From the NCBI GenBank assembly GCA_965242635.1, contig OZ251471.1, positions 1,332,322 through 1,396,321 on the forward strand: 64,000 nucleotides of DNA, written 5' to 3'. A program made the translations under genes and the position numbers. The stretch comes from Bdellovibrionales bacterium. GTDB taxonomy: Bacteria; Bdellovibrionota; Bdellovibrionia; Bdellovibrionales; UBA1609. The stretch's first letter is position 1. Every line of letters starts with the position of its first letter. The notes under the pieces are model-generated. The model was not told where the DNA came from. It did not search any database and saw only the letters and a program-made list of their open reading frames with translations. This document shows, piece by piece, positions 26,320 through 35,413 of this stretch.

Positions 26320-28776
26320 ATGAAAATCAAGGATTTTGCCACAGGCAGATTAGTGAAGGTTTCACCGGAAGAGGAGGTGCGACAGGAATATGAACAAGTC
26401 CTGGTGGAAAGTTATGGGTATAAAAAATCAGAAATGGATATTGAAGTTCCTATCCCACGTGGGACTGGTTATTTTCCGGATCGTGCGGATATTGTTGTAT
26501 TTCAATCCTCTTCCGGCAGAGATCCTGCTAAAGATATTGTGGGAATTGTAGAGACCAAGCGTCCTGAAAGGCAAGACGGATTATCACAGTTGAAATCATA
26601 TATGACAGCCACATCTGCCCTTTGGGGAGTCTGGACAAATGGAGATGATATTGCTTATGTATGCCGGCCACCGGGACAATCTCAAGTTGTGGATAACTAT
26701 ATAAATGATATTCCTGTCAGAGGGCAACCTGTTGACTTTATTGGAAATATCAAGAAGTCAGATCTAAAGCCATTTGAAAGACAACACCTTAAAAGCGTGT
26801 TTCGCAGAATTCTCAGGACACTTTATGCAAATACCAATATCAGTCGCAGAGAAAAATTAGGCAATGAAATGATAAAATTAATTTTCTCCAAGATTGAAGA
26901 TGAGAAAACATATTTGGATCGTCCTCCTGATTTCAGAGCCACAGCAGGTGAACCGCCGGATCAAGTTAAAGAAAGAGTGATTAAATTGTTTAACCGTGTC
27001 AAGAACGAGTTAAAAGAAGATGGTGTTTTCCTGGAGCATGAAAGTGTCACTTTGGATTCCCGATCTGTGACTTGGGTGGTAGGGCAGTTGGAGAGAGGAA
27101 GTCTTTTAAAAACAGACACAGATGTTGTGGGTGATGCGTTTGAGGTGTTTGCGGAATCCCGTTTGGTTGGGGAAAAAGGGGAATTTTTTACGCCCCGTGG
27201 AGTCATTGATTTATCTGTTCGCCTCACCAACCCAAAGATAGAAGAAACAATTTGTGATCCGGCCTGTGGGTCAGGTGGATTTTTAATATACGCCATGAAA
27301 TATATCTGGAAATCCATGACTGATAATCCCCGGTATAAAAATTCACCAAAACTGATGGAACAGAAAAAAAGGATGGCTTCGCGAACAATATTTGGAATTG
27401 ATAAAGAGTCTGATCTTGTAAAAATTGCCAAAGCTTATATGGCCATCTCAGGAGATGGGCGGAGCAATATTATTCATGAAAACTCCTTGCATAAAGTGGA
27501 GGAATTTAACTCTCCTGCCAAAGAAAAATTTGTTAGACAAAACAAGTTTAAAAAATTTAATATTATATTAACAAATCCTCCTTATGGAACTAAAACAAAA
27601 GTGGTGGTATCAGATTCCAGGCACTTTGATCTTGGACATAAGTGGACGAAAACCACTACGGCCGGGTGGAAAAAAAGTCGAATACCATGTCAACGTGATC
27701 CTTATGTGTTGTTTATTGAACGTTGCCTGAATATGCTTGCAGAAAATGGCCGTCTTGCCATTGTGTTGCCGGAAACTGTTTTTCATGCTCCAAAAACAGA
27801 ATATATCAGACACTTTATTATGGAAAGAGCCAGCATTGAAGCCATTATTGGATTACCTCATAATACATTTCGTCCTCATTGCAATGCAAAAACCTGTCTT
27901 TTGGTGTTAAAAAACACAACAAAACAGGCAGAGAATGTAATTATGTCAAACCCAAAAGAAATGGGACATGATCATAATGGCAGGCCCTTGTTGCACCCTG
28001 TGACAGGAAAATTATGGGATGATCTGGTGGTTGTGATGAAAGAATTACAAAAGCCAAAATCATCAAATAATAAGTTTACATTTACTGTTCGTTGGAGTAA
28101 AATTAAAAAGTCAGGCAACCTTATCCCTTCTTACTATCAAGGGCTGGTTATTCCACCTTTAGTTCCAAAAAATCAGATAAAAGTAAATATTGGTGAACTG
28201 GTCAATAAAGGTATCCTGGGAGCTTGGGATGGCCATGGCTCTCCTCCTTCTGAATCAAAAGGAAAAGGAAAAGTTCCTTATATCAGGGTATCAGACATTG
28301 TAAACTGGGAATTATACAGGAATCCTGTCTCAGGGATACCGGAGGATATTTACAAAAAAATGGTACTAAATAAAGAGAAACCCAAAGCAGGTGATATTTT
28401 ATTTGTGCGCCGGGGAAGCTATAGAATTGGAACTGTTGCCATGGCCAGTCCTCAGGACAGCCATGTTTTATTGACAAGAGAGTTGCTTACTTTTAGAATA
28501 CTTAAGCCACATAATTCTTATAATATAGATGCTTTTTACCTTCTGGCTTTGCTGTCTTCAAAATTTGTGCAAGATCAAATTGGTTCAAAAGTATTTGTGG
28601 ATACAACACTGCCAAATATAGGAGATAGATGGAAAGAGCTTATACTTCCCATACATAAGAATGAAAAGGAAATTAACAAAATCAGCAATTTAACCAAGTC
28701 AAGTGTTTTGAAAAAATGGTCAGCACAAAATCAGATTCAGGAGATAAGAAATCAAATGGGCGGGCTTATAACATAA
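26320..28776 (+). CDS. Fused restriction-modification enzyme (type IIG-like: endonuclease, N6-MTase, TRD)
   Basis: EEEVRQ..., ADIVVF...IVETK (HSDR_N-like PD-(D/E)xK), GEFFTPR, CDPACGSGGFL, NPPYG, C-terminal S-subunit-like region; visibly AT-richer than flanks. Confidence 0.88.
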   Translation: MKIKDFATGRLVKVSPEEEVRQEYEQVLVESYGYKKSEMDIEVPIPRGTGYFPDRADIVVFQSSSGRDPAKDIVGIVETKRPERQDGLSQLKSYMTATSALWGVWTNGDDIAYVCRPPGQSQVVDNYINDIPVRGQPVDFIGNIKKSDLKPFERQHLKSVFRRILRTLYANTNISRREKLGNEMIKLIFSKIEDEKTYLDRPPDFRATAGEPPDQVKERVIKLFNRVKNELKEDGVFLEHESVTLDSRSVTWVVGQLERGSLLKTDTDVVGDAFEVFAESRLVGEKGEFFTPRGVIDLSVRLTNPKIEETICDPACGSGGFLIYAMKYIWKSMTDNPRYKNSPKLMEQKKRMASRTIFGIDKESDLVKIAKAYMAISGDGRSNIIHENSLHKVEEFNSPAKEKFVRQNKFKKFNIILTNPPYGTKTKVVVSDSRHFDLGHKWTKTTTAGWKKSRIPCQRDPYVLFIERCLNMLAENGRLAIVLPETVFHAPKTEYIRHFIMERASIEAIIGLPHNTFRPHCNAKTCLLVLKNTTKQAENVIMSNPKEMGHDHNGRPLLHPVTGKLWDDLVVVMKELQKPKSSNNKFTFTVRWSKIKKSGNLIPSYYQGLVIPPLVPKNQIKVNIGELVNKGILGAWDGHGSPPSESKGKGKVPYIRVSDIVNWELYRNPVSGIPEDIYKKMVLNKEKPKAGDILFVRRGSYRIGTVAMASPQDSHVLLTRELLTFRILKPHNSYNIDAFYLLALLSSKFVQDQIGSKVFVDTTLPNIGDRWKELILPIHKNEKEINKISNLTKSSVLKKWSAQNQIQEIRNQMGGLIT

Positions 28777-28858
28777 AAATTCTATCAGTTATTTTGGACC
28801 AATGACAACCGGTGGTTTTTTGTAAGAAAGAGTGGTCCAAAGAGAAAGGGATTGAGCT

Positions 28859-30001
28859 ATGGGCACAAAGAAAAAAGCTTGGGGTTTTGCCACGAGGGCC
28901 ATCCATGCCGGGCAAAGCCCGGACCCGGTGACAGGGGCCGTGATGACCCCCATAACACTAAGCTCCACTTATGCACAAAGTGCACCCGGCCGGCACAAGG
29001 GCTATGAATATTCCCGTGTATCCAACCCCACGAGAAAAGCTTTGGAGGACTGTCTTTGTTCTTTGGAAGAGGGCCGTTTTTGTGTGGCCACCTCCTCTGG
29101 TGTGTCAGCCAGCACTTTGGTGTTTGAGCTTTTAAAGCCTGGAGATCTTTTGGTGGCGGAAAAAGACCTTTATGGGGGCAGTTTAAGGATTTTAAATCAA
29201 ATTTTAAAACCGCGGGGCATAGCCATTCATTTAATGGACCTGTCTGATAAAGGCCATATAAGTCGTATTCCTCAAAAAGCCAAAATGATATGGGTGGAAA
29301 GCCCCACCAACCCTTTGATGAAACTTATGGACCTTCGAGCTTTAAGCCGGTGGGCCAAAAAACACAAGGCCCTGTTGGCGGTGGATAACACTTTTATGAG
29401 TCCTTTTTTTCAAAAGCCTTTGCTTTTGGGTGCGGACTTAGTGGTGCATTCGGCCACCAAGTATTTGAGCGGGCATTCGGACATTGTGGGTGGGGTGATT
29501 GTGGGAAAAAGCTCTGCCTTGGAGGAAAACTTAAAGTTTTTAAGCAAATCTCTTGGGCCTTGTTTATCCCCTTTTGATTCTTATTTGTTGTTAAGAAGCC
29601 TCAAGACTTTGCCGGTGCGTATGAAAGGACATGAGGAAAACGCCCTTGAGTTGGCGGGTTTTTTGGCAAAACACAAAGCTGTCAAAAAAGTATTTTATCC
29701 GGGTTTAAGGTCTCATCCGCAGTATGATTTGGCCAGCCAACAGATGTCTGGTTTTGGTGGGATGTTGAGTTTTGTTCTTAAAGGGGGCAAAAAAGAGGCT
29801 TTTAAAGTTTTGAGCCGGTTTGAAACAGCCACTTTGGCGGAAAGCCTTGGGGGGGTGGAGTCTTTGGTGGAGCACCCGGACACCATGACCCATGCAGAAT
29901 CACCTCACCCTCCACCGGATTCTTTAATCCGGGTGAGCGTGGGTTTGGAGGACATAGAGGATTTAAAAAAAGATTTTGCCCAGGCCTTAAAAGGAGTGTA
30001 G
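28859..30001 (+). CDS. metB: Cystathionine gamma-synthase/lyase (PLP-dependent trans-sulfuration enzyme)
   Basis: YEYSRVSNPTR, WVESPTNP, VDNTF, HSATKYLSGHSD, AESLGGVESL, IRVSVGLE. Exact specificity not determinable. Confidence 0.85.
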   Translation: MGTKKKAWGFATRAIHAGQSPDPVTGAVMTPITLSSTYAQSAPGRHKGYEYSRVSNPTRKALEDCLCSLEEGRFCVATSSGVSASTLVFELLKPGDLLVAEKDLYGGSLRILNQILKPRGIAIHLMDLSDKGHISRIPQKAKMIWVESPTNPLMKLMDLRALSRWAKKHKALLAVDNTFMSPFFQKPLLLGADLVVHSATKYLSGHSDIVGGVIVGKSSALEENLKFLSKSLGPCLSPFDSYLLLRSLKTLPVRMKGHEENALELAGFLAKHKAVKKVFYPGLRSHPQYDLASQQMSGFGGMLSFVLKGGKKEAFKVLSRFETATLAESLGGVESLVEHPDTMTHAESPHPPPDSLIRVSVGLEDIEDLKKDFAQALKGV

Positions 30002-30076
30002 GATGTTTCATCTGTCACAGATACTGGTGATGTTGGAAGGCCGGCAAAGTTAAGTAAACTTTGCAAACTGTGATTC

Positions 30077-30185
30077 TCTCTTTGAGCAGACTTTAGCCTT
30101 GTTCGGGACGGCCGTCCGTGGCCTCATGCCGATCTAATCCGTCCGTGGGTCGGAGCCCTCACCGGCTAAAGTTTGCTCAAAGAGA
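30077..30185 (+). repeat. Palindromic element copy 3 (22-bp stem, diverged core)
   Basis: tctctttgagcagactttagcc pairs with ggctaaagtttgctcaaagaga (one G-T); loop contains ttcgggacgg and ccctcac. Confidence 0.7.
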
Positions 30186-30255
30186 CTGTGTCCAATGCAA
30201 AAAAGTTTGTCAGGCTTGCTGGCAAGCTTAAGTAAAGAGAGGAAGGTTAAGTAAA

Positions 30256-32148
30256 ATGACAGGATATACAAAAAATACAGAAGAGAATCAGGCTCTTTTG
30301 GAGTTAAGGGAGTATGCGAAAAACCAGCCTCCAGGGGAGGGGCTTGTTCCTTTAAAGGATTTTTTTAAGAACGCTGAAATTCAGCAGGTCCAGCTTTCTC
30401 CTGATGGGAAGTATCTGGCTTACTTAAAGGCCTGGGAGGGCCGGATGAATATTCATGTCCGGCCGGTGGATAAAAGTGCGGAAGAACGAAGAATCACCAA
30501 GCAGAAAGACAGAGACATCCCTTACTTCTTTTGGAAAGAAAATAGCACCTTGTTATTTTTAAAAGATGAGGGAGGGGATGAAAATGATCATATTTTTCGT
30601 GTCTTTGCCAATGGAGAGGGGGAAAAGGACCTGACCTCTTTTACGGATACAAAAGTGGAGTTGGTGGATGATTTGGATAATATTTCAGAGGAGGAAATCC
30701 TTATTGGCATGAACAAAAGGAACAAGGAGGTTTTTGATGTTTATCGTCTCAACATAAAGACGGGGGACATGAAGATGGTGGCCGAAAATCCGGGTCATTT
30801 TATATCCTGGATGACAGACCACAGGGGTAAACTGAGGGTGGCCTTATCCGCCGAGGGCACAAACAAGGCCCTTTACTGCAGAGGGACAGAGGAAGAGCCG
30901 TTTGACAAAATTATCACGTATTCTTTTAAAGATAGTGTAAATCCTTATTTTTTTACTTTTGACAATAAAAATCTTTACATGTCTTCCAGCCTTGACAGGG
31001 ATAAAAGTGCTGTAGTTGTATTTGATCCCAGGCAAAAAAAAGAGGTTCAGCTTTTGTTTTCTCATCCTCAGGTGGATGTGGGAGGGTTGGCGTATTCCAA
31101 AAAAAGGAAAGTGCTGACATATATTGCTTACTCAGCAGAAAAGTTAAACTATCACTTTTTGGATTCAGAAACAGAAAATATTTTTAAAGAGCTTAAAGCT
31201 CAATTTTTGGATAAGAACATTCGTCTTGTTTCGAACAATCGGGAGGAGACTCTCATGGTCGTTCATGTGGGAAGTGATCGTAACCCCGGTTCTTATTACC
31301 TGTTTAATGTGTTGGATAAAAGTTTAAGTAAAATTGCTGACACCCGCCCCTGGCTTAAAGAGGAGACTCTGGCAGAAATGACACCTTTAAGTTACAAGGC
31401 CCGTGATGGTCTGACTGTTCCCGCTTATTTGACTAAACCAAAGGGGGCAAAGGGCCCTTTGCCTTTGGTGGTGCATCCTCATGGAGGGCCTGGGTCAAGA
31501 GATCATTGGGGATATTCTGCCGAAGTCCAGTTTTTGGTCAGCAGGGGTTATGCTGTGTTTCAGATGAATTTCAGAGGTTCTGTGGGTTATGGTAAAAAGT
31601 TTTGGCAGGCGGGCTGGAAGCAGTGGGGCCGGGCCATGCAGGATGATGTGACCGATGGAGTAAAGTATTTGATAGAAAAGGGTGTAGCTGACAAGGATAA
31701 AGTGGCGATCTTTGGGGGGAGTTACGGGGGCTATGTGGTGTTGGCGGGCCTCACTTTCACACCGGATCTTTATGCTTGTGGGGTGGATTATGTGGGGGTT
31801 TCCAATATGTTTACGCTTTTAAAAACTGTTCCTCCTTATTGGAAACCTCTCCTGGAGTGGCTATATGAAATGGAGGGCCATCCGGAAAAAGACAAGGAGC
31901 TTTTGCGGGCGATCTCTCCTGTTTTTCATGCAGACAGGATAAAAGCCCCTTTGTTTGTGGTGCAGGGGGCAAACGATCCTCGTGTGAAGAAGTCAGAATC
32001 GGATCAGATAGTGAAGGCTTTGGAGGACAGGGGGGTGGCTGTCCCTTATCTTGTGAAAGAAAATGAGGGGCATGGTTTCAGGAATGAAGAGAATCGTTTG
32101 GAATTTTATGCTCTTATGGAGGCTTTTTTAAGAAAACACCTTGGCTGA
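30256..32148 (+). CDS. S9 family serine peptidase (prolyl oligopeptidase / acylaminoacyl peptidase-like)
   Basis: Propeller region then HGGP, NFRGSVGYG, GGSYGG nucleophile, GANDPRV, NEGHGF. Confidence 0.93.
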   Translation: MTGYTKNTEENQALLELREYAKNQPPGEGLVPLKDFFKNAEIQQVQLSPDGKYLAYLKAWEGRMNIHVRPVDKSAEERRITKQKDRDIPYFFWKENSTLLFLKDEGGDENDHIFRVFANGEGEKDLTSFTDTKVELVDDLDNISEEEILIGMNKRNKEVFDVYRLNIKTGDMKMVAENPGHFISWMTDHRGKLRVALSAEGTNKALYCRGTEEEPFDKIITYSFKDSVNPYFFTFDNKNLYMSSSLDRDKSAVVVFDPRQKKEVQLLFSHPQVDVGGLAYSKKRKVLTYIAYSAEKLNYHFLDSETENIFKELKAQFLDKNIRLVSNNREETLMVVHVGSDRNPGSYYLFNVLDKSLSKIADTRPWLKEETLAEMTPLSYKARDGLTVPAYLTKPKGAKGPLPLVVHPHGGPGSRDHWGYSAEVQFLVSRGYAVFQMNFRGSVGYGKKFWQAGWKQWGRAMQDDVTDGVKYLIEKGVADKDKVAIFGGSYGGYVVLAGLTFTPDLYACGVDYVGVSNMFTLLKTVPPYWKPLLEWLYEMEGHPEKDKELLRAISPVFHADRIKAPLFVVQGANDPRVKKSESDQIVKALEDRGVAVPYLVKENEGHGFRNEENRLEFYALMEAFLRKHLG

Positions 32149-32160
32149 CTTATTGGTTTG

Positions 32161-32392
32161 GCAGAAGACGGGAAACATTGTGAATCCCGGGGATGTTTCG
32201 TTGGTCATCTGTTTCAGGTACTGGAAATGGTGGTGGCGGGTTGAGTGGGGCTTGGTAAGGTAACCCGCTGGCAAGGACAAGCAAGAAAAGGCTCGGTAGC
32301 TCAGTCGGTAGAGCAGAAGACGGGAAACATTGTGAATCCCGGTTTGTGCAAGCAAGAAAAGGCTCGGTAGCTCAGTCGGTAGAGCAGAAGAC
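32161..32392 (+). repeat. Nested direct repeats duplicating the tRNA-Phe 5' half
   Basis: 30-bp block at 32161-32190 and 32313-32342; 44-bp block at 32278-32321 and 32349-32392. Confidence 0.9.
32290..32321 (+). pseudogene. tRNA-Phe 5' fragment (acceptor 5' strand, D-arm, 5' anticodon stem only)
   Basis: Identical to 32361-32392, then diverges before the anticodon. Confidence 0.8.
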
Positions 32393-32433
32393 TGAAAATC
32401 TTTGTGTCGGCGGTTCGATTCCGTCCCGAGCCA
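32361..32433 (+). tRNA. tRNA-Phe(GAA)
   Basis: Cloverleaf: GGCTCGG/CCGAGCC acceptor, GCTC/GAGC D-stem, CTGAAAA loop (GAA), GGCGG-TTCGATT-CCGTC T-arm; CCA not fully encoded (ACCT). Confidence 0.97.
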
Positions 32434-32540
32434 CCTCGCTACGCGAGGAGGAAAAGTTGACGCAGATTTCTCCTTTGATCGTGACTCTTGACCATAAAAA
32501 AAAGCTTGCAGGGGGCAAATTATCAGGATAATCTGCCCGT

Positions 32541-33704
32541 ATGGGGCAAATTATCAAAAGACATCTTCGTCTGTCTCTGCCTGAGGGCCAGTCCGCTTTT
32601 CTGTGGGGGCCCAGGCGGGTGGGCAAAAGTTATTGGCTTAAGAACAGTTTTCTTAAGAACGGCCATCTTAAGTCCAGGAAAAAATTTATTGATCTTTTAA
32701 AAACGGACATATTTTTTGAATATGCCCGCCGTCCCGCACTGTTGAGGGAAAGGTGGAAGGGGGAGTTGACTGTCATAGATGAAATTCAGAAAATCCCTGC
32801 CCTGTTAAATGAGATTCACTGGCTTATTGAAAACAAGTCTGCCTCTTTTTTGCTCACAGGGAGTTCTGCCCGGAAATTGAGGACCAGGTCCGCTCATCTT
32901 TTGGCGGGCCGGGCATGGCGTTTTGAAATGACCCCTCTTTCTTTTTATGAAACAAAGGGTTTTGACTTGGAAAGAGCTTTAAATACAGGGCTTTTGCCTC
33001 CTCATTTTTTATCTCGCGAGCCTTTAAGGGATTTAAGGGCTTATGTTTCGGATTATCTGAAGGAGGAGATTTCAGCCGAATCTGTCACACGAAATATCCC
33101 TGCTTTTTCGGAATTTTTAAGGGTTTCGGCTCTGACCAACGCAGAGCTTTTAAACTACACGAACATCGCAAGGGAAGCGGGAGTGAGTGCGAAAGCGGTG
33201 CGGGGGTATTTTGAAATTCTGGAGGACACTTTTTTGGCCTGTCGTCTGCCTCCTTACAGGCGGAGCCAAAAAAGACGCATGATTTTAACAGAGAAATTTT
33301 ATTTTTTTGATGTGGGTGTAGCTAATTTTCTGGCTGGCCGAAAACCTTCTTTGGGGAATGAGGCTTTTGGAAAAAGCTTTGAGCACTATATTTTTATGGA
33401 ACTTATGAGCTATAAAAAATATAGAGATCCGGAGTTGAACATAAGTTTTTGGAGAACGGCGGGTGGGCATGAAGTGGATTTTATCTGTGGGGATATGCAC
33501 ACGGCCATTGAGGTTAAATCTTCCACGCGGATACACAGCGGGCATTTGAAAAGCTTAAAGGCCTTGAGGGAGGAAAAAAAAGCCAAGAATCTTATTGTGG
33601 TTTGCCGGGAGAGGGAGCCAAGAACTCAGGATAAGGACATTCATATTTGGCCTTGGCGGTTTTTTCTCAAAAAACTTTGGAAAGAGGGTCTTCTTAAAAA
33701 CTGA
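32541..33704 (+). CDS. AAA+ ATPase, AAA_14 + DUF4143 (COG1373) family
   Basis: GPRRVGKS, IDEIQK, LTGSSA, LAGRA, KFYFFDVG, FWRT..GHEVDF, IEVKS. Confidence 0.9.
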   Translation: MGQIIKRHLRLSLPEGQSAFLWGPRRVGKSYWLKNSFLKNGHLKSRKKFIDLLKTDIFFEYARRPALLRERWKGELTVIDEIQKIPALLNEIHWLIENKSASFLLTGSSARKLRTRSAHLLAGRAWRFEMTPLSFYETKGFDLERALNTGLLPPHFLSREPLRDLRAYVSDYLKEEISAESVTRNIPAFSEFLRVSALTNAELLNYTNIAREAGVSAKAVRGYFEILEDTFLACRLPPYRRSQKRRMILTEKFYFFDVGVANFLAGRKPSLGNEAFGKSFEHYIFMELMSYKKYRDPELNISFWRTAGGHEVDFICGDMHTAIEVKSSTRIHSGHLKSLKALREEKKAKNLIVVCREREPRTQDKDIHIWPWRFFLKKLWKEGLLKN

Positions 33705-33873
33705 TATTTCTTTTTTTAACGCCATTGCCACCAGCCATGTCTTGGTTTAGGAGCAGATCCAAAGCTGTTTCAGCCTTCTTTTTTTTCCAGCTCTTGCCAT
33801 TGTTGGCCTGATCCTGTATATTTTTATCCGTGCAGTTTTTGGACAGGTCAGGACACAGTAAACAGGAGGTCTC

Positions 33874-34854
33874 ATGCCCTTTAATCTCATGCCTTTTAAA
33901 AAGAGTCATAAAAAAGCAGTCACCGCTCTCATGTCATGGCTTTTTCTGGCCGGGGTCGCCGGTTTCGCCGGTGCCGTCAACTCTGCCAAAGAAAAAGTAC
34001 TGCCCGCCCATTTGCAAAAAGCTTATATTATTCAGAAAAACGCCCTTGTATACACAAGACCTGACTTTGATTCCATGCAGATAAGCCAAATTCCTGCCGG
34101 TCAAGTGGTCACCATTTCCAAAAAGATATATCGACCTCCCAATCGCTTTGGCACTTTTTATCGAATCTATTTAAAAAAGCCCAAAAAAATAAAAGCCTAT
34201 ATCTCTGAAATTGATGTCACACCCCGTTATATCAGGTCCGGTTCCAGCTATAAGCTCAACCCGGCCTTTGCTCAGGTCAAAAAAAAGCTGAAGTATGTCA
34301 AGGACTTTCAGTTCAACAGCTCCGAACCGGAGGATTTGCTGGATCTGACAGACAAGCCTCTTTCCAGTAACAGGTTTATTGGCCTTGTGGCCTCCCGCTC
34401 CTGGATGGCTTATAAAGGGCAGGAACAACTTTCTCCCTTATGGCTTTTTGGCCTCAGGCTCACCGGCCCCGGTCTTCCCATAAACAAAGTCCTGACAGAC
34501 TTCAGCTTTCTTTTTTCCTTTCCTCCCCTTACAGACAACAAAATTTTTATAAACCAGAAACAAATAAAAAAAAGCTGGCTTTTGATGGGGGATTTTTTGC
34601 TTAAATTTGTTTTGCTGTCTGCCCCCCGGTTTGAGCTTTACCTGAGTGGAGGGCTTATGGCCAATATGAAAGGGGCTTTTTCCCCCCAGGAATCTTCACC
34701 GGTGAGTGTGGGTGTTGGGGCCATAAGTTCCCTGTCTTTGATTCTTAAAATGAGGGAGAGAATTTCTTTGTTGGTGGAAGGGCAGGCGGGCTATGATTTT
34801 TCAGAAAAAGCCTTTTTCCCCTCTGCCCGCATGGGCCTGTTGGTGGCCTTCTGA
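33874..34854 (+). CDS. Secreted protein with SH3-like region and probable beta-barrel C-terminus
   Basis: Signal peptide; ALVYTRPDFDS...GTFYRI...AYISEIDV SH3b-like segment; alternating-residue C-terminus ending in F. Confidence 0.6.
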   Translation: MPFNLMPFKKSHKKAVTALMSWLFLAGVAGFAGAVNSAKEKVLPAHLQKAYIIQKNALVYTRPDFDSMQISQIPAGQVVTISKKIYRPPNRFGTFYRIYLKKPKKIKAYISEIDVTPRYIRSGSSYKLNPAFAQVKKKLKYVKDFQFNSSEPEDLLDLTDKPLSSNRFIGLVASRSWMAYKGQEQLSPLWLFGLRLTGPGLPINKVLTDFSFLFSFPPLTDNKIFINQKQIKKSWLLMGDFLLKFVLLSAPRFELYLSGGLMANMKGAFSPQESSPVSVGVGAISSLSLILKMRERISLLVEGQAGYDFSEKAFFPSARMGLLVAF

Positions 34855-34861
34855 TTTATTT

Positions 34862-35413
34862 TTATTCAGAGTCTGAATCTTTCTTTTCATCCTCTGCCGG
34901 TTCCTCTACTGTTTCCTTTTTTGCCGGCTCCTTTACAGGTTCTCGCTCATCTGAAGAGGTTGAGGATTTTCTGTAAACACCATCACAGCTGGAAAAAACA
35001 TACTCCTGCTTTTTTTCCGAGGACTCTTTCAGACAAAAAAGACCTTTGTCTATAAGCAAAACCTGACCGGAGTTATCCAGCTCAATATATCTTTGTTTGA
35101 CACAATAGGTCTGCACAATGGGGGAAGGACCATGCCCCACCCTTATTGGCACTTCTGAAAATTTGACTGTGGCATCTCCCTGAAAATGATCTTTCAGGTA
35201 ATTGCACCCCTGGTCAGGAAAATAAGCGAATATTTTGTTGTTATCGATTATGGTGCAGGACACAATATTTCCAGAGCTGTCCACCCATTGTTGTTGCTGT
35301 TGATTGTAAGTGTATTGACGGCAATGTGAGACACCGCTCAGGTTGAGATTGGGGCATGAAGCCAGCAGAAGGCATAACAGAATCCAAAAACTATTGAATA
35401 ATAATGATCTCAT
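34862..35413 (-). CDS. Hypothetical lipoprotein
   Basis: Lipobox LASC, several Cys, acidic tail; downstream of the kinase. Confidence 0.65.
   Translation of the reverse strand: MRSLLFNSFWILLCLLLASCPNLNLSGVSHCRQYTYNQQQQQWVDSSGNIVSCTIIDNNKIFAYFPDQGCNYLKDHFQGDATVKFSEVPIRVGHGPSPIVQTYCVKQRYIELDNSGQVLLIDKGLFCLKESSEKKQEYVFSSCDGVYRKSSTSSDEREPVKEPAKKETVEEPAEDEKKDSDSE

Noticed and set aside
32290-32348. Second tRNA gene or intron-split tRNA
   Set aside because: No anticodon loop, T-arm or 3' acceptor strand; the complete tRNA follows separately.
32421-32429. ccgtcccga shared between the tRNA-Phe T-arm and the palindromic element core
   Set aside because: Nine nucleotides is too short to support an att site or common origin.
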